Source: Oleomonas cavernae
Lineage (GTDB): Bacteria > Pseudomonadota > Alphaproteobacteria > Zavarziniales > Zavarziniaceae
Assembly (NCBI RefSeq): GCF_003590945.1
Contig: NZ_QYUK01000011.1
Span: 2,922,909 to 2,946,908, forward strand
Direction: 5' to 3'
Length of the DNA stretch: 24,000 nucleotides
A program made the position numbers and the translations under genes. This document shows positions 1 through 10,136 of the stretch, piece after piece (the first letter of the stretch is position 1; each line of letters opens with the position of its first letter). The notes below the pieces were generated by a model. The model was given only the letters and a program-made list of their open reading frames with translations. It was not told the DNA's origin and searched no databases.

Positions 1-21
1 ACCGGCATCACTGCCGCCTGA
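1..21 (+). CDS. rplU: 50S ribosomal protein L21, C-terminal tail only (partial)
   Basis: Reads ACC GGC ATC ACT GCC GCC TGA = TGITAA*, resembling the L21 C-terminal 'ITGI' ending. It lies directly upstream of rpmA, the usual rplU-rpmA order. Confidence 0.6.
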   Translation, partial: TGITAA

Positions 22-56
22 TCCCGCGACAACGATTTGTAAGATAGGAGCGGACA

Positions 57-326
57 ATGGCTCACAAAAAAGCAGGCGGTTCATCGCGTAACGGTCGTGA
101 TTCGGCCGGTCGTCGCCTGGGCGTCAAGAAGTACGGCGGCGAGGCCGTGATCGCCGGCAACATCATCGTGCGTCAGCGCGGCACCAAGATCCATCCCGGC
201 ACCAATGTCGGCATGGGCAAGGACCACACCCTGTTCTCGCTGGTCGAGGGCAAGGTCACCTTCGCCGTCGGCAAGCTGGGCCGGACCTACGTTTCGGTCG
301 AAACCCTCCCGGCGGCGGCGGAATAA
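57..326 (+). CDS. rpmA: 50S ribosomal protein L27
   Basis: 89 aa, [65 protein letters not shown] is classic L27. Confidence 0.98.
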   Translation: MAHKKAGGSSRNGRDSAGRRLGVKKYGGEAVIAGNIIVRQRGTKIHPGTNVGMGKDHTLFSLVEGKVTFAVGKLGRTYVSVETLPAAAE

Positions 327-370
327 TCTGCCGCGCCTCGCCGCGGCCCTTCAGGCCCGCGGCGGAATAG

Positions 371-1503
<1,133 letters not shown>

Positions 1504-1557
1504 CGATCAAGGTGAATTGCGCCACCCCTTGATCGCCTCTCAATCACGGTCCCAACC

Positions 1558-2709
1558 ATGACCATCACCGATATCGCCACCCTCGCCACGGCCGACCGGC
1601 TGAAGGCGGCCACCCGTATCGTCGTCAAGATCGGTTCCGCCCTGCTGGTCGACCAAGCCAAGGGCACCCTGCGCCGCCACTGGCTGGAAGGGGTTGCCGC
1701 CGATGTGGCAGGGCTCAAGGCCCGCGGCCAGGACGTCGTCATCGTCTCGTCCGGCGCCATCGCCCTGGGCCGGCGGGTGCTGAACCTGCCCAAGGGGCCG
1801 CTGAAGCTGGAGGAGAGCCAGGCGGCGGCCGCGGTCGGGCAGATCCGCCTGACCCACGCCTGGGCCGAGGTGCTGGCCGCCCATGATCTTTCCACCGCCC
1901 AGGTCCTGCTGACCCTGGACGATACCGAGAACCGCCGGCGTTACCTCAATGCCCGCTCGACCATGGCGACCCTGCTGCGCCTTTCCGCCGTGCCGGTGAT
2001 CAACGAGAACGACACCGTCGCCACCTCGGAAATCCGCTATGGCGACAACGACCGCCTGGCGGCGCGGGTGGCCGAGATGGCCTCTGCCGATTGCCTGATC
2101 CTGCTTTCCGACATCGACGGCCTCTATACCGCCAATCCCAATGTCGACCCCGCCGCGCGGCGCCTGGACACGGTCACCGGCATCACGGCGGAAATCGAGG
2201 CGATGGCGGGTGAGCCGGTCTCGGGCGTCGGCTCGGGCGGGATGATCACCAAGGTGGCAGCGGCCCGCATCGCGCTGGCGGCCGGCTGTTCCATGGTCAT
2301 TGCCTCGGGCCATGTCGACCGGCCGATCTCGGCCCTGGCCGCCGGGGCCGGCTGCACCTGGTTCCTGGCCGAGCGCAGCCCGCGCCAGGCACGCAAGCTG
2401 TGGATCGGCGGCAGCTTAGGCCCCAAGGGCCGGCTGATCGTCGACGAGGGTGCCGTTCGGGCGCTGGCCGCGGGCAAGAGCCTGCTGCCGGCCGGGGTGC
2501 GGCAGGTCGACGGCGAGTTCAGCCGGGGCGATGCGGTGATCGTCGTCGGGCCGGACGGCCGGGCCCTGGGCCGCGGCCTGGTCGCCTATGGCCACGAGGA
2601 CGCCCGCGCCATCGCCGGGCACAAATCCGGTGAAATCGAGGCCCTGCTCGGCTACCGTGGCCGGGATGAGATGATCCATCGCGACGACCTCGCCCTGGAC
2701 GGCCGGTGA
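1558..2709 (+). CDS. proB: Glutamate 5-kinase (with C-terminal PUA domain)
   Basis: 383 aa; [52 protein letters not shown]. Confidence 0.96.
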   Translation: MTITDIATLATADRLKAATRIVVKIGSALLVDQAKGTLRRHWLEGVAADVAGLKARGQDVVIVSSGAIALGRRVLNLPKGPLKLEESQAAAAVGQIRLTHAWAEVLAAHDLSTAQVLLTLDDTENRRRYLNARSTMATLLRLSAVPVINENDTVATSEIRYGDNDRLAARVAEMASADCLILLSDIDGLYTANPNVDPAARRLDTVTGITAEIEAMAGEPVSGVGSGGMITKVAAARIALAAGCSMVIASGHVDRPISALAAGAGCTWFLAERSPRQARKLWIGGSLGPKGRLIVDEGAVRALAAGKSLLPAGVRQVDGEFSRGDAVIVVGPDGRALGRGLVAYGHEDARAIAGHKSGEIEALLGYRGRDEMIHRDDLALDGR

Positions 2710-4004
2710 CAATCATGCGCGAAGCAACCAAGGCCCTGCCCGCCGAACCCCTCGATGCCACCGCCCTGGTCGCCGACATGGGCCGCCGCGCCCGTGCCGC
2801 CGCCGCCATCCTGGCGCAGCTTTCTCCCGAGGCCAAAACCGCCGCCCTCAATGCCGCCGCCGCTGCCATCCGCGCGGCCACGCCGGCGATCCTGGCCGCC
2901 AATGCGATCGACCTGGAACAGGGCCGGGCACGGGGCATGAAGGCCGCCTTCCTGGACCGCCTGGCGCTCGATGCCGGCCGCATCGAGGGGATTGCCAAGG
3001 GCCTGGAGGTGGTCGCCGCGCTGCCCGATCCGGTGGGCACGGTGATCGCGCAATGGGACCGGCCCAACGGCCTGCACATCCAGCGGGTGCGGGCACCCAT
3101 CGGCGTGATCGGCATCATCTATGAAAGCCGGCCCAATGTAACCGCCGACGCCGGCGCCCTGTGCGTGCGCTCGGGCAATGCCGCGATCCTGCGCGGCGGC
3201 TCGGAGGCGCTGGCCTCGTCCCGCGCCATCCATGCCGCCATGGTCCAGGGTCTGGCCGCCCATGGCGTGCCCCTGGACGCCGTGCAACTGGTCGAGACCG
3301 GCGACCGCGCCGTGGTCGGCGCCATGCTGGCGGCGCAGGGTCTGATCGACGTGATCGTGCCGCGCGGCGGCAAGTCGCTGGTCGCCCGGGTCCAGACCGA
3401 GGCCCGGGTACCCGTGCTGGCCCACCTGGATGGCAATTGTCACACCTATGTCGACGGCGCGGCCGATCTCGCCATGGCCTTGAGCGTGGTGCGTAACGCC
3501 AAGCTGCGCCGCACCGGCATCTGCGGCGCGACCGAAACCGTGCTGGTGGCCAAGGCGGCGCAGGCGTTCCTGGCACCGATCGCGACCATGCTGCTGGATG
3601 CCGGCTGCGAAGTGCGCGGCGACGCGGCGACCCAGGCGGTCGACGCCCGGGTGAAGCCCGCGACCGATGCCGACTGGGACACGGAATACGAGGATGCCAT
3701 CGTCGCCATGAAGCTGGTCGACGATGTCGACGCCGCCATCGCCCATGTCGAGCGCCACGGCAGCCATCACACCGACGCGATCATCACGCAGGATCCGGTA
3801 GCGGCCGAGAAGTTCCTGGCCGGCGTCGATTCCGCCATCGTCATGGTCAATGCCTCGACCCAGTTCGCCGACGGCGGCGAATTCGGCTTCGGCGCCGAGA
3901 TCGGCATCGCCACCGGCCGCCTCCATGCCCGCGGCCCGGTGGGTGCCGAACAGCTCACCACCATGAAGTACCTGGTGCGCGGCACCGGCCAGATACGCCC
4001 TTGA
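2706..4004 (+). CDS. proA: Glutamate-5-semialdehyde dehydrogenase (gamma-glutamyl phosphate reductase)
   Basis: 432 aa; [69 protein letters not shown] start overlaps the proB stop by 4 nt; ATG at 2715 is the alternative start. Confidence 0.96.
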   Translation: MTIMREATKALPAEPLDATALVADMGRRARAAAAILAQLSPEAKTAALNAAAAAIRAATPAILAANAIDLEQGRARGMKAAFLDRLALDAGRIEGIAKGLEVVAALPDPVGTVIAQWDRPNGLHIQRVRAPIGVIGIIYESRPNVTADAGALCVRSGNAAILRGGSEALASSRAIHAAMVQGLAAHGVPLDAVQLVETGDRAVVGAMLAAQGLIDVIVPRGGKSLVARVQTEARVPVLAHLDGNCHTYVDGAADLAMALSVVRNAKLRRTGICGATETVLVAKAAQAFLAPIATMLLDAGCEVRGDAATQAVDARVKPATDADWDTEYEDAIVAMKLVDDVDAAIAHVERHGSHHTDAIITQDPVAAEKFLAGVDSAIVMVNASTQFADGGEFGFGAEIGIATGRLHARGPVGAEQLTTMKYLVRGTGQIRP

Positions 4005-4029
4005 TTACTTCACCCCGTGTCGTCGTCAG

Positions 4030-4170
4030 GCCCTCTCCGCCGCTCGCGGGGGAGAGGGAGGGGACCCGTCGCGCAGCGATGGGGAGGGTGAGGTGGTCTG
4101 CGGGACAGGCTGCGCCTTACGCCGACCACCCACCTCACCCCACCCTCTCCCCCTGAAGGGCGGAGAGGGC
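4030..4170. repeat. 141-bp intergenic composite palindromic element bounded by 12-bp inverted repeats
   Basis: gccctctccgcc (4030-4041) and ggcggagagggc (4159-4170) are perfect inverted repeats. The inner pair ggtgaggtgg (4087-4096) / ccacctcacc (4130-4139) is also perfect. Confidence 0.85.
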
Positions 4171-4193
4171 TACCAAGCCTTGTGGCATCGGGC

Positions 4194-4805
4194 ATGACCC
4201 GGTCCATCCGTACCGCCGCGGCCGCCGGCGGGCTGACCATCGGGCTGTTCGGCGGGTCGTTCAATCCGGCGCACAGCGGTCACCTGGACCTGAGCCTGGC
4301 CGCCCTGCGCCACCTGGGGCTCGACGAGGTCTGGTGGCTGGTCTCGCCGCAGAACCCGCTCAAGCCCATGAACGGCATGGCGCCCTTTGCCGAACGTTTC
4401 GCCACGGCGCAGGCCGTCGCCCGGCACCCGCGCCTGGTCGTCACCGACATCGAAACCAGGCTGGGCACGGTCTATACCGCGCAGACCCTGCGCCGGCTGA
4501 CCGCGCGCTTTCCGCGCCTGCGTTTCGTCTGGCTGATGGGGGCCGACAACCTCGCCACCATCCACCGCTGGCGCGACTGGCAGGACATCTTCGACCGTGT
4601 CGCCGTTGCCGTCTTCGACCGGCCTTCCTATTCTTTGACCGCATTGGGCGGGCCGGCAGCCCGGCGATTCGCGCGCGTCCGGCAGCACGGACCAGCGTTG
4701 CGCACCCTGAAATTTGCCAAGCCGCCCGTCTGGGGCTTCGTCACCATGAAATTGAACCCGGTTTCCGCCAGCGCCATTCGGGCGGCCCGGGCCCACAACA
4801 AGTAG
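4194..4805 (+). CDS. nadD: Nicotinate-nucleotide adenylyltransferase
   Basis: TIGLFGGSFNPAHSGHLDLSLAALRHLGLDEVWWLVSPQNPLK, FVWLMGADNLATIHRWRDW, C-terminal NPVSASAIR. ORF is open from a GTG at 4182; ATG at 4194 preferred. Confidence 0.95.
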   Translation: MTRSIRTAAAAGGLTIGLFGGSFNPAHSGHLDLSLAALRHLGLDEVWWLVSPQNPLKPMNGMAPFAERFATAQAVARHPRLVVTDIETRLGTVYTAQTLRRLTARFPRLRFVWLMGADNLATIHRWRDWQDIFDRVAVAVFDRPSYSLTALGGPAARRFARVRQHGPALRTLKFAKPPVWGFVTMKLNPVSASAIRAARAHNK

Positions 4806-4903
4806 GAGGATACCCTGGCCCCGCGTAAAAAGATCACGGACGAGATCCCGCCCGAAGCAGCCCCAAGAAGAAGGCTGCGCCCAAGAAAGTCGTCGCCGCC
4901 GAG

Positions 4904-5425
4904 GTGGTGCAGAAGAAACTGCCGGCCAAGAAGCTGAAGGCCGAACCGGCCGAGACGATCGCCGAAAAGCCCAAGCGGGCCCGCGCCAAGAAAGTCGCCG
5001 AGGAGACGGTCGCCGCCGAACCCGCGCCCAAGAAGTCGCGCGCCAAGCCGAAGGCGAAAAAGAAGGCCGGCCCGACCGATGGCGCCAAGGTCCTGCTCGA
5101 CCTGGTGGTCAAGACGCTGGACGACAACAAGGGCGAGGAGATCCTGACCATCGACCTGGCCGGCAAGTCCTCGATCGCCGATTTCATGGTCATCGCCAAC
5201 GGCCGCTCGGGGCGGCAGGTGACGGCGCTGGCCAATTACGTCGTCGATGCCATCGCCAAGGCCGGGCTGCCGCCCTGCCGCACCGAGGGCAAGAGCGCCG
5301 GCGACTGGGTGCTGATCGATGCGGGCGATGTCATCGTCCACCTGTTCCGTCCGGAGGTGCGCGAGTTCTACAAGCTCGAGAAGATGTGGCAGGCCGATTT
5401 CCGCCCTGAAGCCGAGCACGAGTGA
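4904..5425 (+). CDS. rsfS: Ribosomal silencing factor RsfS (Iojap/DUF143) with Lys/Ala-rich N-terminal extension; 5' end uncertain
   Basis: Domain VLLDLVVKTLDDNKGEEILTIDLAGKSSIADFMVIANGRSGRQVTALANYVVDAI...EGKSAGDWVLIDAGDVIVHLFRPEVREFYKLEKMW. It sits between nadD and rlmH. The 5' end may begin near 4815, with a frame break at 4861-4864. Confidence 0.92.
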   Translation: MVQKKLPAKKLKAEPAETIAEKPKRARAKKVAEETVAAEPAPKKSRAKPKAKKKAGPTDGAKVLLDLVVKTLDDNKGEEILTIDLAGKSSIADFMVIANGRSGRQVTALANYVVDAIAKAGLPPCRTEGKSAGDWVLIDAGDVIVHLFRPEVREFYKLEKMWQADFRPEAEHE

Positions 5426-5892
5426 GCCTGGGGCTCAAACTGGCGATCGTCGCCGTCGGCCGGTTCGGGGGGAAAGACCCCGAGCGGGCCTTGTTCGAGA
5501 CCTACGCCGCCCGGATGAAACCGCCGATCGAGTTGATCGAGGTCGAGGAGCGGCGCCTCAGCGGTCCCGCCCGGCAAAAGCGCGAAGGCGAGTTGCTGCT
5601 GGCGGCGGTGCCGGCAAGTGCCGCCATCGTCGCCATGGACGGCCGGGGCGAGGTCCTGTCGTCGGAAGCCCTGGCCGCGCGGCTGAACCGGCTGCGATCC
5701 CAGGCGGCCGGCCGGGTCGCCTTCCTGATCGGCGGGGCGGACGGGCATGATGACGCGGTTCGCAGCCGGGCCGCCTTCTGCTATTCCTTTGGCCCCGCGA
5801 CATGGCCGCACCTGATGGTCCGTGCCATGCTCGCAGAGCAGCTATACCGCGCCTCGACGATCCTGGACGGGCATCCTTATCACCGTGCTTGA
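5422..5892 (+). CDS. rlmH: 23S rRNA (pseudouridine1915-N3)-methyltransferase RlmH
   Basis: 156 aa; LKLAIVAVGRF, VAFLIGGADGHDDAVRSRA, C-terminal MLAEQLYRASTILDGHPYHRA. GTG start overlaps the rsfS stop. Confidence 0.95.
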   Translation: MSLGLKLAIVAVGRFGGKDPERALFETYAARMKPPIELIEVEERRLSGPARQKREGELLLAAVPASAAIVAMDGRGEVLSSEALAARLNRLRSQAAGRVAFLIGGADGHDDAVRSRAAFCYSFGPATWPHLMVRAMLAEQLYRASTILDGHPYHRA

Positions 5893-5926
5893 GTTATCCA
5901 GGTGACTGTTTCCTCAAGGTTCTGCC

Positions 5927-7522
5927 ATGACTGACGCCGCCCTGACCGTTTCCCCGCAAAAGCCCGTGGTGCTGTGCATCCTGGACGGCTGGGGCTGGCG
6001 CGAGGGTGGCGAGGACAATGCCATCGCCAAGGCGCGGACGCCCAATTACAACCGCCTGCTCGACACCTGCCCGCGCGCCCTGATCGAAACCTCAGGGCTC
6101 TCGGTCGGCCTGCCGGAAGGCCAGATGGGCAATTCCGAGGTCGGCCACATGAACCTGGGCGGCGGCCGGGTGGTGATGCAGGACCTGCCGCGCATCGACC
6201 AGGCCGCGGCCGACGGCTCCCTGGCCGAGAATGCCACCCTGCTCAAGGTGATCGAGGCGACCAAGGCCCGTGGCGGCACGCTGCACATCCTGGGCCTGCT
6301 GTCGCCGGGCGGCGTGCATTCCCACCAGGAACACATGGCTGCCCTGGTCAAGATCGCCTCGACCCATGGGATCAAGGTCGCGGTTCACGCCTTCACCGAC
6401 GGCCGCGATACGCCACCCCAGAGCGCGCTCGAATTCCTGGGCGACTTCCAGGCCGCGCTGGCCGACGTGCCCGGCTGGTCGATCGCCACGGTCAGCGGGC
6501 GCTATTTCGCCATGGACCGCGACAAGCGCTGGGACCGCGTCTCGCAAGCCTTCGCCGCCCTGGTCGAGGGCCAGGGCGCCCAGGCGCCGAGCGCGCGGGC
6601 AGCGATCGAGGCGTCCTATGCCGCCGGCGTGAACGACGAGTTCGTCAAGCCCGCGGTGATCGGCAGCTATCGCGGCATGAATGACGGCGACGGCCTGCTG
6701 ATGGCCAATTTCCGGGCCGACCGGGCGCGCGAAATCCTGGTCGCGCTGCTCGATCCCCATTTCGACGGCTTTGCCCGCGAACGCCTGCCCCGCTTTGCCG
6801 GGGTCGCCGGCATGGTCGAATATTCGAGCCAGTTGACCGCCCTGATCCCGGCGATCTTCCCGGCCGAACGGGTCGAGGATCCCCTGGGCGCCGTGGTGGC
6901 CAAGGCCGGCATGACGCAGTTGCGCATCGCCGAGACCGAGAAATACGCCCACGTCACCTTCTTCTTCAACGGCGGCGAGGAAACCGTGTTCGCGGGCGAG
7001 GACCGCATCCTGGTGCCCAGCCCCAAGGTCGCGACCTACGACCTCGAGCCCGCCATGGCGGCCGTCGAGGTGACCGACCGCCTGGTCGAGGCGATCACGG
7101 GGAAGAAATATGACCTGATCGTGGTCAACTACGCCAACCCGGACATGGTCGGCCACACCGGCTTCATGGCCGCCGCGATCACCGCGGTCGAGACCATCGA
7201 TGCCTGCCTGGGGCGCCTGTCGGGGGCGGTCGAACAGGCTGGCGGCGTCATGCTGGTCACGGCCGACCACGGCAATATCGAGCAGATGTTCGATCCGCAG
7301 ACCGGCGGCGCCTACACCGCCCATACCACCAACTTGGTGCCGGCCCTGCTGGTGAATGCCGCGGCCAAGGTGGAGCTGCGCAGCGGCCGGCTGGCCGATA
7401 TCGCACCGACCCTGCTGCCCTTCCTGGGGCTGGACCAGCCGGCGGCGATGACCGGGCGGGCGCTGCTGGCGCCGGCCGGAACGGGGGTCGCCGGCCATGC
7501 CCCGCGTCACGCCAGCGCCTGA
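5927..7522 (+). CDS. gpmI: 2,3-bisphosphoglycerate-independent phosphoglycerate mutase
   Basis: 531 aa; VVLCILDGWGWRE, GQMGNSEVGHMNLGGGRVV, LLSPGGVHSHQEHM, AFTDGRDTPP, VTADHGNIEQM. Confidence 0.97.
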   Translation: MTDAALTVSPQKPVVLCILDGWGWREGGEDNAIAKARTPNYNRLLDTCPRALIETSGLSVGLPEGQMGNSEVGHMNLGGGRVVMQDLPRIDQAAADGSLAENATLLKVIEATKARGGTLHILGLLSPGGVHSHQEHMAALVKIASTHGIKVAVHAFTDGRDTPPQSALEFLGDFQAALADVPGWSIATVSGRYFAMDRDKRWDRVSQAFAALVEGQGAQAPSARAAIEASYAAGVNDEFVKPAVIGSYRGMNDGDGLLMANFRADRAREILVALLDPHFDGFARERLPRFAGVAGMVEYSSQLTALIPAIFPAERVEDPLGAVVAKAGMTQLRIAETEKYAHVTFFFNGGEETVFAGEDRILVPSPKVATYDLEPAMAAVEVTDRLVEAITGKKYDLIVVNYANPDMVGHTGFMAAAITAVETIDACLGRLSGAVEQAGGVMLVTADHGNIEQMFDPQTGGAYTAHTTNLVPALLVNAAAKVELRSGRLADIAPTLLPFLGLDQPAAMTGRALLAPAGTGVAGHAPRHASA

Positions 7523-8813
7523 CCGCACCCTTTGCCTGACAGCCCTGTTCCTGGCGGCGGCCGGTCTTGGCCCCGCCTGTCTCGCCTTTGCCCAGGATGC
7601 CGACCCCGACAAGCTGCGCGCCGTCCAGGGCGAGTTGGACGAGGCCCGGCGCCGCCGGGCGGCACTCGCCGATGAACAGACCCGCCTGGCGGCCGAGGTC
7701 GCCCGCCTGAAGGATGAATTGGTGCAGCGGGCCACCAGCCTGCGCGCCCGTGAATCGGAGGCGACCGCGCTGGAACGGCGCCTGGCCGAGTTGGGCGCCT
7801 CGGAAGCGGAGAAGCTGGCCGCCCTGGCCGACCGGCGGGCCGCCTTGTCGCGCCTGCTGGGGGCGCTCACCCGCCTGTCGCGCCGGCCGCCGGTGTTGCT
7901 GATGGTGGAGCGGCAGAACGCGCTGGAACTGGCCCACACCGGCACCGTGCTGCGCGACCTGGTTCCGCACCTGCGCGACCGCGCCTTGGCCCTCAGCCGC
8001 GACCTCGCGGCCCTTGGCGCCCTGCGCGCCCGCCTAGCCTCCGACCGGGCCAGCCTGGAGGCGACCCTCTCGGCCCTGGCGATCGAACGGGGCGAAATCG
8101 ACCGGCTGCTGGCGCAGAAGGCACAGGACAGCAAGCGCCTGGCGCAACTCGAGCAGACCGAACGGCGCCGAGTCGACAGCCTGGCGGCCCGGGCCAAGTC
8201 GATCGAGGAGCTGATCGCGGCGGTCGAACGGGAACGCGAGGAGCAGGCCCGCCAAGCGGCCCAGGCGGCCGCCCGCGCCGCCGCCGAGCGGATCGCGGCG
8301 CAGGCCGCGGCCCAGCCGCCCCAGGCACAGGCCGTGGCCGCAGCGCCCCCCGAGGTGCCCGACACACCCGCGCAGGCGGCACCGGCGCCCGCCATGGCCC
8401 GCTTTTCAACCCTGAGGGGCAAATTGGCCTGGCCGGCGGCGGGCGAGATCGTCGCCCGCTTCGGCCAGGCCCAAGGCAACGGCCTGACCTCGCGCGGGTT
8501 TCGCCTCGCCACCAGGGCCGGGGCCGCGGTCACCAGTCCTGCCGCCGGGGATGTCGCCTTCGCCGGTCCGTTCCGCGGCTACGGGCAGCTATTGATCCTG
8601 GCACAAGGCGACGGGTATCATCTGCTTCTCGCGGGGATGGAGCGGATCGACGTGGCCGTCGGACAGAAGGTTTTGGCGGGCGAGCCGGTCGGGCAAATGG
8701 CAGGGGCCAATGACGGCGCCCGGCCAATGTTGTATGTCGAGCTCAGGCACGATGGCGAGCCGGTCGACTTGACTCCCTGGCTCGTTCCAGGTGCTACCAA
8801 GGTAAGCGGATGA
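7497..8813 (+). CDS. EnvC-like murein hydrolase activator (coiled coil plus LytM/M23 domain)
   Basis: Signal peptide; long Glu/Arg/Ala coiled coil; C-terminal GKLAWPAAGEIVARFGQAQGNGLTSRGFRLATRAGAAVTSPAAGDVAFAGPFRGYGQLLILAQGDGYHLLLAGM. Overlaps the gpmI 3' end by 26 nt. Confidence 0.9.
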   Translation: MPRVTPAPDRTLCLTALFLAAAGLGPACLAFAQDADPDKLRAVQGELDEARRRRAALADEQTRLAAEVARLKDELVQRATSLRARESEATALERRLAELGASEAEKLAALADRRAALSRLLGALTRLSRRPPVLLMVERQNALELAHTGTVLRDLVPHLRDRALALSRDLAALGALRARLASDRASLEATLSALAIERGEIDRLLAQKAQDSKRLAQLEQTERRRVDSLAARAKSIEELIAAVEREREEQARQAAQAAARAAAERIAAQAAAQPPQAQAVAAAPPEVPDTPAQAAPAPAMARFSTLRGKLAWPAAGEIVARFGQAQGNGLTSRGFRLATRAGAAVTSPAAGDVAFAGPFRGYGQLLILAQGDGYHLLLAGMERIDVAVGQKVLAGEPVGQMAGANDGARPMLYVELRHDGEPVDLTPWLVPGATKVSG

Positions 8814-10108
8814 TGCGAATGAATCGTGCACTGACGGCCCTGCTCGCGTTTGCTGCGGGGGCAGCCATTCCCCTATGTGTCCAGGCCGGCACCGCCGAGA
8901 CCTACCGACAGCTCAACCTGTTCGGCGACGTCTTCGAGCGCGTCAAGAGCGACTATGTGGACGAGGTCACCGACGAGAAGCTGGTCGAGGCGGCCATCAA
9001 CGGCATGCTCGCCTCGCTCGACCCGCATTCCAGCTACATGAACGCCAAGGCCTTCTCGGACATGCAGGTCCAGACGCGCGGCGAATTCGGTGGCTTGGGG
9101 ATAGAGGTCACCATGGAGAACGGCTTCGTCAAGGTGGTGACCCCCATCGACGATACCCCCGCCTCCCGCGCCGGCCTGAAGACCGGCGACTATATCGTGG
9201 CGCTGGACGGCAAGGAGGTCCTGGGCCTGACCCTGCAGGACGCGGTCGAGAAGATGCGCGGCCCCGTGGATTCCAAGATCGTCGTCTCGATCAAGCGCGA
9301 GGGCATCGCCAAGCCCTTCGACGTGACGCTGACCCGCGCCGTGATCAAGATCCGTGCCGTGCGCTGGCGCCGCGAGGGCGACGTCATCTATGTCCGCATC
9401 ACCCAGTTCAACGAGCAGGTGGACGTCAACCTGAAGAAGGCGATCACCGACCTGACCCGCGAGATTGGGCCGGACAAGGTGAAGGGCATCGTGCTCGACC
9501 TGCGCAACGATCCCGGCGGCCTGCTCGACCAGGCGATCGCGGTCTCGGACGAATTCCTCGACCGCGGCGAGATCGTCTCGACCCGCGGCCGCCAGCCCGA
9601 CGACGTGTCGCGTTACAGTGCAACCCGCGGCGACCTGGTCGACGGCAAGCCGGTGGTGGTGCTGATCAACGGCGGCTCGGCCTCGGCCTCGGAAATCGTC
9701 GCCGGCGCCCTGCAGGACCACAAGCGCGCCTTCATCATGGGCACGCGGTCGTTCGGCAAGGGTTCGGTCCAGACCATCATCCCGCTGCCCAACCAGGGTG
9801 CCTTGCGCCTGACCACGGCGCGCTACTTCACGCCGTCGGGCCGCTCGATCCAGGCCAAGGGCATCGAGCCGGATCGCGAAGTGATCCAGCCGCCGCCCGA
9901 AGGCAGCAAGCCCGAGGATGCGCCGCAGCTCCGCTCGGAGGCCGACCTGCCCAACCACCTGCCCGGCGACGGCGATGGCGCCGAGGACGACAAGCCGCGC
10001 AGCGCCGAGGAAATCCCCGAGGATCGCAGCAAGGACTTCCAGCTCGACGAAGCGCTCAAGGTGATCGGCACCCTGAAGGTGGTCGACGGCAAGCTGGTCC
10101 AGAACTGA
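8810..10108 (+). CDS. ctpA: S41 family carboxyl-terminal processing peptidase (CtpA-like, PDZ domain)
   Basis: 432 aa; FGGLGIEVTMENGFVKVVTPIDDTPASRAGLKTGDYIVALDGKEV, VLDLRNDPGGLLDQA, GGSASASEIVAGALQDHKRAFIMGTRSFGKGSVQT. Confidence 0.96.
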   Translation: MMRMNRALTALLAFAAGAAIPLCVQAGTAETYRQLNLFGDVFERVKSDYVDEVTDEKLVEAAINGMLASLDPHSSYMNAKAFSDMQVQTRGEFGGLGIEVTMENGFVKVVTPIDDTPASRAGLKTGDYIVALDGKEVLGLTLQDAVEKMRGPVDSKIVVSIKREGIAKPFDVTLTRAVIKIRAVRWRREGDVIYVRITQFNEQVDVNLKKAITDLTREIGPDKVKGIVLDLRNDPGGLLDQAIAVSDEFLDRGEIVSTRGRQPDDVSRYSATRGDLVDGKPVVVLINGGSASASEIVAGALQDHKRAFIMGTRSFGKGSVQTIIPLPNQGALRLTTARYFTPSGRSIQAKGIEPDREVIQPPPEGSKPEDAPQLRSEADLPNHLPGDGDGAEDDKPRSAEEIPEDRSKDFQLDEALKVIGTLKVVDGKLVQN

Positions 10109-10136
10109 CGAACGCAAGACGCGGGGCGCGCGGGCA

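Noticed and set aside
2652-3926. 424-aa minus-strand ORF opposite proA
   Set aside because: Antisense shadow of a clear ProA coding region; no recognisable family.
6092-8533. 813-aa minus-strand ORF opposite gpmI and envC
   Set aside because: Low-complexity Arg/Ala/Gly shadow translation of a GC-rich region. The plus strand encodes well-recognised GpmI and EnvC-like proteins.
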